A stretch of 64,000 bases of DNA from assembly GCF_009914755.1 (NCBI RefSeq), contig NC_060938.1. One strand, given 5' to 3'. Positions 38,119 through 54,215 of the stretch are shown one piece after another. Below the pieces are notes generated by a model. It saw only the letters and a list, made by a program, of their open reading frames with translations. It ran no database searches and was not told the origin of the DNA. How positions within the stretch are numbered: position 1 is the stretch's first letter; each line of letters opens with the position of its first letter. The stretch comes from the human T2T-CHM13v2.0 reference genome, Homo sapiens. The translations under genes were made by a program, and so were the position numbers.

Positions 38119-38949
38119 TAAAAGAAACTTTTGCACTTACATATCAGGACATATACAAGAATATTAATAATGTAGTGCTTTGGTAGTAAAAAAAGAAAAA
38201 CTGGAAACCCAAATATCCTTTAACAACAGGATGAATAAATTATGGTATAATCATACAATGAGATTTATATAGCTGTGAAGACAAATGAGATCATGGAGAG
38301 GTATGCAAGGGCTTCCAAGTTATCAATGATGTTCTAGTTTTTAAGGCAGGTGGATATTTTATGGGTATTCTAGTTATTCCTGAAACCGTATGTACAAATT
38401 TTGCATGCTTACTTGTTTGTACGCACTGCTTCTCTGTGGCTACCACCTACTGGCCATTTTTCTACTCTCTAGCCCTACACAGAACATGTCAACTCATCTC
38501 AGAATTTGAGTAAAAGGGGAACAGTATTTGGGTCCCACATCTCTACTGCCTCAAATGTTTACACATACTACTACCCCCATCTTCCCTAGTTGCTTTCAGC
38601 CAATTCTCAAGTTATTTTTATACCCCACAAGCTCCTAATCACTCTTCTATGACTCTAGGCCTCAAAATGACACCCAAAACTAATTTAAGACTCCATATGT
38701 GGTATAACAGACAGTACTTCTAATAAAAACTGTCTCTTGCTACCATAGGTTTTTTTGGTGCAGTCCATGAAGAGTGTTCTTGCAAACTATATCAGACTGG
38801 TTACTCATACTGACTTTAGCTTATCTACTAAGATTCTTAGTAATATTCATATATGATGTTGAAGCTATACCTGAGAATGTAAGCCTTTTTGGACCAAAAG
38901 AATGGACTGAAAATTTTATCTTATTAGACTCAGCCTTTATGACTTCTTA

Positions 38950-38991
38950 GATAGAGACAGATAGATAGATAGATAGATAGACAGATAGATA
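38950..38991. repeat. (GATA)n/(GACA) tetranucleotide STR
   Basis: Read directly from the sequence. Confidence 0.9.
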
Positions 38992-39204
38992 AAACTTCTC
39001 TCATCAATGCATTTCTATCATCCATTCTCTGAGGAGGCCTCTGCACTCTTTATAAATTTAATGAGTCATCAATGATATTCAAGGCACTGATCAAAAACTG
39101 AACAGGACTGGACCAAGAACAAAGATCTGAGCCATTTCACTAGAAGACTTCTCAATTCATCTGTATACATTAATGTATTACAGCCATTCAGTTGTTGTTG
39201 CTGT

Positions 39205-39484
39205 TTGAGACGGAGTCTCGCTCTGTCGCCCATGCTGGAGTGCAGTGGCATGATATCGGCTCACTGCAACCTCCACTTCCCAGGTTCAAGCAATTCTCTG
39301 CCTCAGCCTCCCCAGTAGCTGTGATTACAGGTGCCTGCCACCACGCCCAGCTAATTTTTGTATTTTTAGTAGAGACGGAGTTTCACCATCTTGGCCAGGC
39401 TGATCTTGAACTCCTGACCTCGTGATCCACCCGCCTTGGACTCCCAAAGTGGTGGGATTACAGGCTGAGCCACCGTGCCAGGCC
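39205..39484 (-). mobile_element. AluS
   Basis: Reverse Alu dimer. Confidence 0.9.
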
Positions 39485-39924
39485 AATTCAATTGGTTATT
39501 AATCCTCACTCACATTTCTCCATTTTACCACAAGGATATTAAGATAAACTGTTATAAAACATGTCACTAGACTCTAAAGAAACTGAGGATTTATCTAACT
39601 CTCTCTGGTCCTTCAGCCTAGTAACACTATTAGAACAGTATTGCTCTGTCATCTTGGACCATAGTGAAGACCACCCCTAGGGAATGACAGAATGGGAAAA
39701 TGGAAGAAAGCTGGTCTCTAGCAACTTTGTGGAGTTGCCATTCCTGCCTGGGGCTGTCTATTGTCGGAATTCTTTTAACTGGGAGAGAAATAAACTGCTT
39801 TGTATAAAGAAAAAAATGGGGGTATTACTCCAATAAATTGAAGTGATCCTAAAACAAAGAATACAGGCCTAGGGAGAATAAAGCAGGCCAAACTACGTGG
39901 TGTTTTTTTTTTTTTCCAAACAAA

Positions 39925-39930
39925 TTTAAT
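39925..39930 (-). terminator. TTC5: Probable proximal TTC5 poly(A) signal (ATTAAA)
   Basis: ATTAAA about 470 nt after the stop codon, followed by a genomic A13 tract. Confidence 0.55.
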
Positions 39931-40398
39931 TCTGTTCCAGCCCCAAAGAAGAGGAAGGACCTAAAGTTCAAAAATAAAAATAAAAATTGCTAAAAATAAA
40001 AGCCATTACAAAATTAAGCCCCCTCCTTTAGCAATAAATACTGAACTGATATATACATATGAGGCTTAGGAAGGAGGCAACAACAGGAACCTTGGGGACT
40101 CTGTCCCATGGCAAGATCCCAAGACTTCTATCAATTCCATGCTCTTTGCTTAAAACATAGAGAGCAGTGGAAGAGACAGGAGAGATATGCCAGAAGAGTA
40201 TGTGGCCCTGTAGAGAGCTGGAACATGATGAGGACAGAGGAGAGAGAAGAGATACGAAGTGTAATACAGGCAGGGAAAGAGAAAGTCTTCATTTAAAACA
40301 TTCCTCCCATCCCTGCTGAATCACTGGATGTGGCTGGACCGGCTGTCCAGAGCCTTGTCTCCTCTCCTCCACTCCCTGTTGAGCATGCAAGTCAAAGG

Positions 40399-40518
40399 TC
40401 ATTCACACTGTGGTCGCGATGCCACTGTGGCAACAGCCTGGCTGCTGGATCCCTGAGGCTTCCCATTCACCACTAGCAGGAGGGGCGTCTCCACTCGAAC
40501 ACTGGAAAAGGAATAGTC
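40399..40518 (-). CDS. TTC5: TTC5 exon 10 ([12 protein letters not shown]...RPQCE*)
   Basis: Acceptor tctag; TGA at 40399-40401. Confidence 0.95.
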   Translation of the reverse strand, partial: DYSFSSVRVETPLLLVVNGKPQGSSSQAVATVASRPQCE

Positions 40519-41559
40519 CTAGAAAAGACAGACAGACAAAGGTTCACTACAGATTCCAAGATGGAAAAAGCTCCAGCATGGGGATACACCACTTGCAACT
40601 TTCTGCACCACCTCCCCTGTTGTATACCCCCTCTACTTCCATCTCACATCAGACAAAACTGAGCTAACACAGGGGACGAAAATTTCCCAAAGTTTTCAAT
40701 CTTCAGAAGGAAAACATGGAGCATGTAAGGTCATGTAGTGCCACTACAAGAATGAGACAGCTCTTTGATCCAAAAAAGGCAGGTTCCTGGCATTGCCTAA
40801 CAAAAGAATGCAACCAACTCTCATAGAATCTGCCTTTTCCCACGGTGTTTCCTGATAATTAACTAGATACACATAGCAGCCGGCCAGAGCCAGTGGGAAT
40901 CCTGAGAAAATCTCAGTCCAAATGTTTATAAGGTCCTAATTTAATCCACCAAATACAAATTAAAGTTACTTCTCTTTTATATCAAGAGGAGGAAATAGAA
41001 CATGAAACAGAATGTAGCCGTTTTCCTAATAACAAAAAGGGTATCAGCTCACTGTATCAGTTTAAGAGTATTTTAAGTTGTAAAACATATTAAATAGTCT
41101 TCATCCAAAAAATATGGCAATGAGAGGCAGGCTCTTTTAAGTCCAAGTAAAGTAAATTTAAAAGTTCTCATAAACCAATTTTTTTTAAGTCTTCACAGAA
41201 ATATCGACAAGTGACACAAAAAATGGCAATTTATACAAGAAATATAAATTAATATTCATGCTATATTTTCCATGTAAAATTAGAAAATAACTTTTCAAAG
41301 GTTTCCAACCAGAGTTGAGAAAAAAACTACAGAGAAACACTTATTTACATCCACTGTTGGTAGTGACAACTAACTAGTACAATTTTCCAAAGAATTATTT
41401 GGCAATATGTATCAAAAGCCTCAGAATTCTGCATACCCTTTGGACCCAGGAGTCTACATTAGAAATTCATTTAAGGAACTAATCATAGATACAAGCAAAG
41501 ATACAAAAATCCTCACTGTGTTTCTAATTTTTTTTCTATTATAAAAGTACTAATTTAGA

Positions 41560-42190
<631 letters not shown>

Positions 42191-42752
42191 CTGATCTAAA
42201 TGGTTAAACAGTAGTTAAATATCTACATTCATAAGGTTTTTTTAAGAATTGAATGGGGCAAGGCAGGTAATAAAAACTCTTAGCACAGTGTCTAGCACTC
42301 AATTAAGTGTTAAATAAATGTTAACTATCATTACCATCTTCATCACCCCGTGTCTACTCAATGTGGTGAAATATGTAAAAACATAGGAAACATTCACAAA
42401 CATTTGCATATAATATCCCACTCATGATTTAAAATATAGATATATGTGTATATATTTGTGAAAAGAAAAGACTTCAGGTATATACACCAAACTGTTAACA
42501 GTAACAGTTAAAAGGCAGTAATACCTGAGTGATAATATTTCACTGCATTTTTTTATTTTTCTGCTTACCAGTTTACCTTTTTAGTAAAAAAATACATATA
42601 TATATATAAATAAAACATATACACACAAATATATATACACATAGCCTACACACATACTTACATATAATTATTTCTATATCTTTTATAAAAAGATAAGCTT
42701 GGTTCTACTTTTAGAGCCTACGAGTTGTAAGAGAATCCTAGCCATTGCTCAC

Positions 42753-42897
42753 CTTTCCTTTGTGCTGAATTCGGTGAAGCCGCAGGTTGGGCTCAGGAAT
42801 GGCTACAGAGTCTCCAATGAGCACTCCCCAGCTCTGCACTATATTGTACACCATCACTGCATAGCAAGGTCCATCTGAATCTACCAGGCCAAATGTA
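42753..42897 (-). CDS. TTC5: TTC5 exon 9 ([10 protein letters not shown]...IQHKGK)
   Basis: Acceptor tggtag; donor gtgagc; 145 nt. Confidence 0.96.
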
Positions 42898-45800
42898 CTA
42901 CCAAGTAAAGACAGATTAGGAGAGAGGAAAACAAAAAGGTATGTGGGTAGGAAAGAAGAGCAGAAACAGTGGTTTAAAAATACTAGCAAAATACTGGACT
43001 TAAAGTCAGTGACAGGTAATTAAAATAAAATATAAAATTTAACTTAATTAAACTTTAAAAATAAAATACTAACAAAATAAACAAATGCTTTTTCTCAGTT
43101 ACTCAGAAAACCTATGAGAGGTACCATCTTCCACTTTATATATCTGAGTCTTCATTTTTCTGAAACTCATCAGTCACTTTGCTAAGAACTTAGGACAAAG
43201 CACACTGAAGCCATTCAACAAATATTAATGATGAACTAGACCAACATGTTACAGTTGTAACATTATTCCTGGTCTATCAATTTAACTATCATACTCTTAA
43301 CCAAAGCCTCTAACCATCACTGTCTGTGTAGTTTAACTCCACAAACTTTCACTGAATATTACATATGTGCCAAGCATTGTGTTTAGCAATAAGATACCAA
43401 TCCAGCTATGAATGACCTATAGTCTAGCAGGAGTCAGACAATGAAGTCATCACTTACAGCACAGTGTGATGGGTGCTAGAATAACTTTTCCCTTGTGCTG
43501 AATTCAATGAAGCCACAGATTGGGCTGTGGGAGCCCAGAGGACAAATATCTAAATCAAAATTGGAAAGCAGGGAAGATTTCCTGGAAGAGGTGACGCTCA
43601 AAGTGAATCTTAAAGGGTAAAAAACCAGCTGGGTTAAAAGAGAAAAATTAATCCTCGGTAAAAATGTTAAAAACCTCTGAGGGGATAGGAACAGAGATTT
43701 TGACTTGGAGGCAACATCAGGGAACTTCCCAGAATGGTGGTAATGATCTCTATTTGGGTTATACAGATATTTTCCATTTGTTAAAAGCTATGAAATGTAC
43801 GCTTAAAATTGTACATTTCATTGTATGTAAATTTTACATAAAAAGAAAAAATTGAAACAAATACTGAACTCAGTTAATGACTGCATGCTAAAGTATGTAA
43901 AGTATATTGATCTCTGCAATTTACTCTGATAGCAGGATAAACAGACTGATATGTAATAAGCTAAGTAAAATAAAATATTAATGGTAGAATATAAGTGGAT
44001 GAGAACACAAATGTTCAATGTAAAACTCTTTCAACTTAGCTATATGTTTGAAAATTTTTATACAAAATGTTGGGGGCAGAAGAGGATGTTAGCTATGTCA
44101 AGAAGAAGCTAGAGATTATCCAGGCAGAGTAACTGTATGTAAGACACAGAGGCATGAAAACAGCTGTTCTAAAACCAACAAAATTGTTCCATGGTTGAAA
44201 CAAAAGGCACTGGTGGGAAAGAGACAGAAGATAATAGAAAGAGAAGCAGGGAGCAAATCATGAAGGACTTTGTATGCTAACCTAAGTAGTTCACACTTTA
44301 TCCCAAAAGCTACATATAGTACCAGTAAGGGATCTTAAATAAGAAGTAGCAATGGTCAGATTTCCATCTAAGAAACATTTCTCTGGCAGCACTGTGGAAC
44401 ACTGGAGGAAACCAGAGAATCAGGGAGACCTATCTGGAGAAGTGATAAGGGGGTGAATTAAGGTGGTAAACACAGAGAAGTCAAGTCTATAGGACAAAAA
44501 AGGCAAATCTTTTTGGAGAATGGAGAAGCCTATTCTTCCAAAAGTCTTAATCAAGTGACTGAGAGGTGATACCATTCATTCACAAGGAATCCAGGGAGGA
44601 GAAGCAGGTTTACAGAGAAAGATTTAGGTGAGTAATACTGAAATACTGAGTTAGAGATTTCTTATTGGAACCCAGAGGCAGATGGTTATAGGAATCCAAC
44701 ACTTGGAAATGAAGCTTGGGCTGGAGATATATCTGTAAGCATATAGGAGGCTGCCAAAGCCTTGGGTTTATATGACATCACAGGGCAAGATGATCTATAG
44801 ACAGGATGGAGAAGAATCACACTCATGCCATCACGTGACATGCCTGAATTCACAGGAAATATTGCAATCAAGCAAAGCACTTTCCTGATGAATCCAGTCA
44901 AAGCCTCAGAATCCTTCTACACAGTATGTCAGGCAACCACTGACAAGTGATCAAAGTTGGCAACTATAGGCCATCCTGATATAAAGAGAAAAAAGGAAAA
45001 AAACAAAAATAGAGTCCTGGGAACCTAAGATTTAAAAGTTAGGCAGAAAAAGAGAAACCAAGGAGTGGCAAAATATCTATTTGTTCTCAAGGTCCTCCAA
45101 AACCTACCTTTGTCTATATCCCTTTCTAATTCTTCTCAGCTCTAGGATTTGCTCTAGTAAACTAAACTGTTCTCAACTATCTTTTTGCCCTTCAACTCGT
45201 CAAATATACAAACCCCTAGAAAATGCCATGGAGAAAGCTTGGGCATATAATGGGAATTGTGAATATTTCTGTTTAGATGAACAGAAAGGATGTGAAAAGC
45301 AATAGTGAGAGATAAGTCAGAATGTTTTGGAACCATGCAATAGAAGTTGCTGGATCCAGTGCCTAGAAAGACAATGGTGATCCTATGAAAATAACAATTT
45401 CAGTAGAAAAGAGAAAGGGGAAACCGGTCAACCAGGGATTAGGAAGTGAGTGAAGGACCAAGGAGTGGTGGCATTCACTAAACCGTAACTTTTCAAGATC
45501 CAAAAATTTTCTAAACAAATATTCTTAATTCATTTCCTCTGCTGCTAGAAGCACCTGCACCTGGGTCCTTTACATTTCTTTTTTCTCACTCCCTATGACA
45601 CATATATTACACACTCAATAAATATTTGTTGAATGACATCTAAGACAATCTCCCAACCAGACTTTAAATTATAACTCAAAGCTCACTTTTCAGAACTAAG
45701 TATACCTAAGTACAAACAGGACTAAGAAATTTGTCCTCCTTCAACTTCTATGATCATGAAAATGCAAAGGGACAGAAGAATTTTGAGGTTTCTGTCTTAT

Positions 45801-46081
45801 AAAAAAATATGTCCTGCCAAATTTCAACTATGGATATAGGAATCCACATAGCACCAAACTCAGGGATACAAAATGGGCAGTGACAGAATCTACAAAAGCC
45901 TCTGATCAAAAGATGGTTAAACATCACCCAGACAATATCTGCCCACGGGATAGTCACAGAAGGAAATCAGAAGTCACAAATCTGTGACCACTGACAATGT
46001 CCTCAACTGCCAGGGAAAGAACAGGAAGTGAGAGCAATTAGTTCAAAAGGGTAAAACGGGGGAAATCCAAGAGAAACTCAC

Positions 46082-46296
46082 AAGGGGACTTTCTCCTCTG
46101 TGGTGAGGCTAAATACCACCTTTCCCAGGATGACGGCACCGCTGTTCACCCCAGGCTGAAGCGTACTCAGTGGCTTGAGCTCCAGGGTCACTTTCTGCCC
46201 AGAGGCTGACTGATAGTGCCCATCACTGCAAGGGCCTAGATGGGCTGGGCGCAAGCTTCCCAGCATGCTCTGCAGCTTTTTGGTCTTCACCTTTCC
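46082..46296 (-). CDS. TTC5: TTC5 exon 8 (GKVKTKKLQ...EEKVP)
   Basis: Acceptor tgcag; donor gtgagt; 215 nt. Confidence 0.96.
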
Positions 46297-46477
46297 CTGC
46301 AAAGAAGGGGAAATAGGTAAGAAGCTAGAAACTAGTCGCCTTCCTTGAGATTCTAATCCTTCCCTCCCACCCACTTCTATAGGGTCTCTACCTCGTAAAC
46401 CTATTTATTCTTATTTTATTGACCCACGACAAAATAAAAAAAAAAAAAGTGGAATTCAGCCCTTCAGACATTTTTAC

Positions 46478-46624
46478 CTTACTCTCAAGGAGGCTGGTTA
46501 ATCTATCCAGGAATTCCAGAAGTTGTTGCTCTCGTTGCCGGGGCTCTGGCCAGGCAGGGTCCAGGGCTGCAGCCCGAGAGAAGCCCTCCAGGGCCTCCCC
46601 ATAACTCTCTTCATATTTATGCAA
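46478..46624 (-). CDS. TTC5: TTC5 exon 7 (LHKYEESY...LLESK)
   Basis: Acceptor tacag; donor gtaaaa; 147 nt. Confidence 0.96.
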
Positions 46625-47159
46625 CTGTACAAGAAGTGTATCCCAATTATAAGTATATCCAGACAAACTATCCCGAGGGAATGGCACCATGGGCTAGGAA
46701 TCTAGAGAAATAAACTGTTTTCCTTCCTGGTTATTTTCCTGTGCTGCAACAAACAGCCTGAAGAGCTGGTAACACCTTACATCCTTCTTCCTAGCCAAGA
46801 TGATCACAACCCCAAAGATGGAATCATTTCAAAGAAGCTAATTTCCAAACTCTAAAATAGTTAAGTTGTATATATTGGCTCACTTGACCTTTATATTTAC
46901 TTAACATTTCAGAAGTCTTCTAAAAGATCCCCCCATTCTCTACCTATTCTTCCACCTCCACAGCCCCTTCTCCTTTCCCTCCAGTGACTACACCAGATAC
47001 TGAAGCCAAACCGAGCTAGCTATTTATAGAAATAGCATGGCTTTCCTCTCGCAGTCTGTACCCAATCTTGTCCCTATGCAAACTCAGTTATCCTCACAAG
47101 CTAAGACATAGGTGTCTTATTTATTTGACCCTCAGATGACTACACCCCAAAGGTCTTAC

Positions 47160-47216
47160 CGTCGCCCTGTTCAGATGAAGGTCAGGATTGCTAGAAGCTT
47201 TTCTGTCAACTTTCTC
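47160..47216 (-). CDS. TTC5: TTC5 exon 6 (EKVDRKASSNPDLHLNRAT)
   Basis: Acceptor tatag; donor gtaaga; 57 nt. Confidence 0.95.
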
Positions 47217-47500
47217 CTATAATGGGATGAAAAGATTATCAGTGGATCCTGTCTCAATGTTAAGGACTGACATGCCCAACATGTCCTACGCCTCCTCTTT
47301 CTAGAGAAATGGAAGTTTCTTCCTTGCCAAAATGGTATTTATACCACAGAAGCAGTTACCGTATAACAGTGTGGATATCTTAGTCCCAAAACCTTAGGGA
47401 TATAAGTGTTTTTGTATGTGTGAGACTTCAAAATATTATTATAATTTATCCATGTAGTAGTATTAAGATAGAATAAATCTTTATATAAATGAAATATGTG

Positions 47501-47833
<333 letters not shown>

Positions 47834-48259
47834 TTAAATAGTGAAGTGCTGGTAATAAATGAAGAAAGGCTAGGATAGAAATGGTGTTCATTTAATGCAT
47901 TTCCTCTGCCCATAAACCTAGCTCCAGACACATGCGGAATCATGTTTCTACATCCAAGTTCCCTTAAAACACAGATAGAAAACCAAATTCAGACTCTAAC
48001 TAAAATAGATGGCCAGGAAAAGAATTTTTTTTAAACAGATAAAATAGATGGCCAGACACCACAAGACAGTGCAGACCATGTGCTGTGAAGCAACTGCTGG
48101 CTATGTTCATGACTATGCTTATTATATTTTTTTAATTCTCTTCATTACCTGGCGCATTGTAAAAGCACAAACAACATGAATTAAAATTGTTTAAATGGTT
48201 GGTTCAGATATGTTTACAAATGCAGGTCTGGGCGAAAAACTTCAGATTAAAAAGAGATG

Positions 48260-48568
<309 letters not shown>

Positions 48569-49566
48569 CTATTTAGCAGAAGCCAAATATAAAATTTTGA
48601 AGGAATATACCACACTATTCTTTAAAATGTAAACATTCACCAAATTAAGAAATTAGAGTAAAATATAATTGCTCTAAAAGTTCCGTGATTGAAAAAGGGC
48701 AGTTTAAAGTCAAAGGTAGAGTTGTGGGGAGAGTGGCAGGAGGGGGAGAAAAACAAATTTAAAAGGGCAGTCCCTGAATTGCAAACATGAACATACAGTA
48801 ACTGTGTTCTTTATTCTACCACAGGGAGCAGAATAAGTAATGATAAGTTAAAAAGCAATTCTCTATATCAAGAGAAGCAAAAGAAGAAAGGTAAATATGA
48901 GAGCTAAATAAAAAGTGCTCAGAGGACCAATGTGAAGTCAGAAGCCAATTCTAATAATGAGAAAAAAGGCACTCAAAGTCTGAGGGAAAGCCCTATGCAA
49001 ATGCCTATCAACATAAAAATGCTTGAAAACCTAAATAAATTTCTTGAAAACCTAAATAACCTAATTCACTTAATTCCTAGGAAATGACACAGAACAAGCT
49101 ACACATTGTTTTCTCTTTTAGCCCATGGGAAATCCAGAGCCATAATATTACCTAACGGTTAATTTGGGGATAGCACTTAATTTACACTGAAGTATAAGTT
49201 TTCATTATTCTTTAAAATGAATGTACAACAATATTAATAAGTATTATTTTAATAGACTTTTTTCCCATTAAAAAAGATGAACATGTTGAGGCAGCTCTGT
49301 GATTTGGTTATATATGTGTGTAAGAAACCCAGACAGGTCAAGGAGCTATCCAGCACCAATGCGACACGATGCAAGTGGTTCCTAACACTCAAGTTATAAG
49401 AAGTCAGTCATCTCTGCAGACACATCTTTGCAAAATCACAAAAATGAGATGCCAGCAAACACTGCCACTGCCCATGATGCTTGCTAAAGGGCCACAAAGA
49501 AGACTGAACAATGCTCTTGCTTCTGTTGTTGCCTATTCATCTGGCCTGGTGACCATAAGTACTTAC

Positions 49567-49658
49567 TGCTTGGGCATAGGCACTGAGGGCTTGCTGGGAG
49601 ATCTTAGGGTTCTGGCCAGTAGAGAAGTAAAGGGAAAGATATGAATTCCCAAGAATAT
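49567..49658 (-). CDS. TTC5: TTC5 exon 5 ([12 protein letters not shown]...AYAQA)
   Basis: Acceptor ttcag; donor gtaagt; 92 nt. Confidence 0.96.
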
Positions 49659-50067
49659 CTGAAAGAGAAACACAGTGACAAATCATCTCAGAGTCCAAGT
49701 TCAAGATATGACTTATTTTGATCATTCTTGAAAGTATATTTGAAAGGTCCCACAAGAAATCCAAACCAGGAATGACACGATACTTAGTATACCCAAAACT
49801 CCACTAGGATAGAGCACCAAGGACACCAAACTGAAGTTTGAACAGACTGTACAAAAGCCCTTCCTTGCTTACGTGAAAACTAGGATCAAAAGATCGAAGA
49901 GTTCCTAGAAAAGTAGTTCCCCAAAATGTCTTTCGTGTGTCTTCAAAACAAAGATGCCCTCTCTGGCTTAAACCTCAGAATCACACTCAAAAGAGGGACT
50001 GCAAATGTTGCTCTGATTGAAAACATCTGCTCTAGAAACCTGTTGGAGATCTTTTGAGAGCACTCAC

Positions 50068-50218
50068 ACCAGGAGCGGCCATCATGGACATCCATCTGAA
50101 CAGCCAACTTAGCCTGTCGGACACTGTCCATGACATGGTGAGAATGTTCATCTTCAGTGTCAGTCCGCAGCTGACGAAGCACCATTGACAGGTTTTGCAA
50201 GGAGACTTTGTTCCTGCA
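50068..50218 (-). CDS. TTC5: TTC5 exon 4 (CRNKVSLQN...DGRSW)
   Basis: Acceptor tgcag; donor gtgagt; 151 nt. Confidence 0.96.
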
Positions 50219-50321
50219 CTGCAAATAGAAAGGGCACATACTCAATCTTCCTGATTCTACCTCCCCTTTCCAGATCTATTCTGAACTCAGTCTTCTAAAT
50301 CTAATTTTTTACCTTTTTAAG

Positions 50322-51075
<754 letters not shown>

Positions 51076-51383
51076 CTAATTTTTTCATCTAAATTCTTGC
51101 TGCCATCTGTATCTTCAACCCCCATCCACAGGGATCAGCTTAGCTGCTAGCTTTTCTTCACTTCCTTTCTCCCCCTGAACCTGATCCCATCATCATCTTC
51201 CTTTCCCAGGCCCCTGCCTCTATTTTCCTCATTCAGGTCTGCTCTCTGACCTTTCCTCCCTCCTGATTCTGTCCTAGTTCAATTTCAGTTCTACTCTGGT
51301 ATTCATGTCCTAGGGAAACTCATAGAACCAAAGAAATTCATCCTTCCCATCTCTGCTTTCCAAAGGGATAGGGGGCAGCTCAC

Positions 51384-51595
51384 ATGGGTGAGGGCTCCTG
51401 AGAAGCAGGTGTGGGCAGCTGCAACATCCCCTTTTTTCCAGTACACCTCACCCAGCTGGTTCCAGGCTTCCACCAGCTCGGGCTCCAGCTTCACAGCCTT
51501 TGACAGAAGCTCCTCAGCCTTAGGGCTATAGTCAGGAGTCACATTTAGTGCTTTCCCAGTTAGCATTAGAACTTGTGCCTTGCCCTGGACAGAAC
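51384..51595 (-). CDS. TTC5: TTC5 exon 3 (GSVQGKAQV...GALTH)
   Basis: Acceptor cttag; donor gtgagc; 212 nt; TPR motif [11 protein letters not shown]. Confidence 0.96.
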
Positions 51596-52609
51596 CTAAG
51601 AGGAAGAAAAAAAGATAAAGTGGGAAAAAAACAAGTTAAAGACCAGGGCACTTTCTCTCAAAAAATAACTACACGTCAGTTTTAGGAATAAAAAGAGTTG
51701 GGGAAAATATTTATCAATAAACCATTTATTGAAAGCTCACCATAGGCAGAGTGTATGTTAGCTAATTAGGCAACAAAGAAAGCACTATTTCTAGAGCTTC
51801 TGCCATCTGTTTCTTGGGCCCCTATCTACAAGGATCAGCTCGGTTGCTAACTTTCCTAGAGGGGTTTACAATCTAGTGGAGAAGACAAAGCGTAAACATG
51901 GAAAATTAAAACCATGAAAAAGAGCATATGGCATTAGCCCAATGAATGGGCTTTAACAAGTGAAGAGAAGATGAGTCAGGACAAATAGTTATCGTTAAAA
52001 CAAAACAGAGAGAGAGAAGAAAAGACCCTCCAGGTTAGAAAATGATATAAACAAAGACACAGAATCAGAAGTACATGTGGCCATGTTCATGGGAGAATAG
52101 ACAGTTCAACCTGGATGAAACAGAAAGTTCCTCTACAAGTAATTAGTCAGAGATAAGGTTAGAAAACAGAGTAAAACAATGGACACTTAAATACCAGGTT
52201 AAGGGGGTTAGACTTCAGCTAGTCAATAGCAGGAATCTTTAAAGATACCTGAGCAAAAAGGCAGATGAGAGGATAAGGTTAAATGCATGAAGTAATGATT
52301 TAGAAAGATAGCCATGGCCATGGTATTATATAAGTGGATTTGAAAGTAAAAGAAATTAGAGGCAGAAAGTCAGATTACTGCAATAGTTCAAGTAAGTATG
52401 CTCTTTCATTTCATGCCATTTGCTATAATCAAATTTTAGGAAAAGTGGCTTAGGGAATGAAAGGTTGCACAGGGGCCCTGAGAAGTAATATTACGTTGTA
52501 CTACCCTATAGCAGTAACAGATAGGATACCAAAGAGTCAATGAGGAGGGAGCAAAGGTCAATCACATTTCACTGAAGGATGGGGGTTGTACAATCTCTAG
52601 GGCTCATAC

Positions 52610-52742
52610 CCACTACTTCTTCCATCTGCTGTAGGGTTTTCTCCATCTCCTTCCGCACATCCTGTTGCTTCCTCCCAGCATCCTCAACACTATGTGTCTC
52701 GAAATAGCAGTCTCGAAATGAGTAGAGCTGATCCACGAGTTC
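52610..52742 (-). CDS. TTC5: TTC5 exon 2 ([11 protein letters not shown]...MEEVV)
   Basis: Acceptor tttag; donor gtatga; 133 nt. Confidence 0.96.
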
Positions 52743-53465
52743 CTAAAAAGTATGACAATGGAACCATTAAGTGGAAAGATCACTGGATAGGGAAACTTGA
52801 AATTGGCTAGCCATACCAGCTCTTGGTCTAGAAATACCAATTCTCTTTCTCACCTATGAATGGCACAATAGGCAGGTGGACAGGTTTACTAAAATGCCAC
52901 AAATCATGAGGAAAAGCAGCCAGTACCCCAGGCCAGCTCTCATGGTCCCATGTTGTCCCATGCCAGTGTCTCTATTGTGATGACCATTTTCTCTCCCTGC
53001 CTCAGCAGGGCTTCTAATATGACTAAGCACTTCACATACCACAGTCATGAGGAGGGAAACACTGCAACTTAAGATAAACCAAAAGTTAGTAAGATCATTC
53101 TATATGGTCCTGGTCCTCAAAGAATAACACTTTGAAATTTACCCTTAAAGTTGGACTTCTCAACTAAAACCATTTTATCCCTGATTTTTCATATGCTGAG
53201 ATCTGAAAATACAACACAACCTTTGTGAATATAATAAACATGTTAGAGAGTCATTGTTTTCCACCACAAACATACCAATTTGAACTTGGTAACTTTGGTA
53301 TCTTTGCAGCATTTTGTTCTTTTAAATGCTTATTGTGGTTTTGTTTAGTTTGATTTTTTTGTCAAGTCATCTTCTGGCTGCCTTGGATTTTTTACAAATA
53401 AATATTCTCTTTCCTCTTAAATGCCTCTGAGTCTTCCTGTCACACCAGGCAAAGCTTTTCTACTA

Positions 53466-54215
<750 letters not shown>

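Noticed and set aside
44790-44985. Non-repeat-looking segment with a TCACGTGAC E-box in TTC5 intron 8
   Set aside because: Single motif; no recognisable protein similarity, TSD or splice signals
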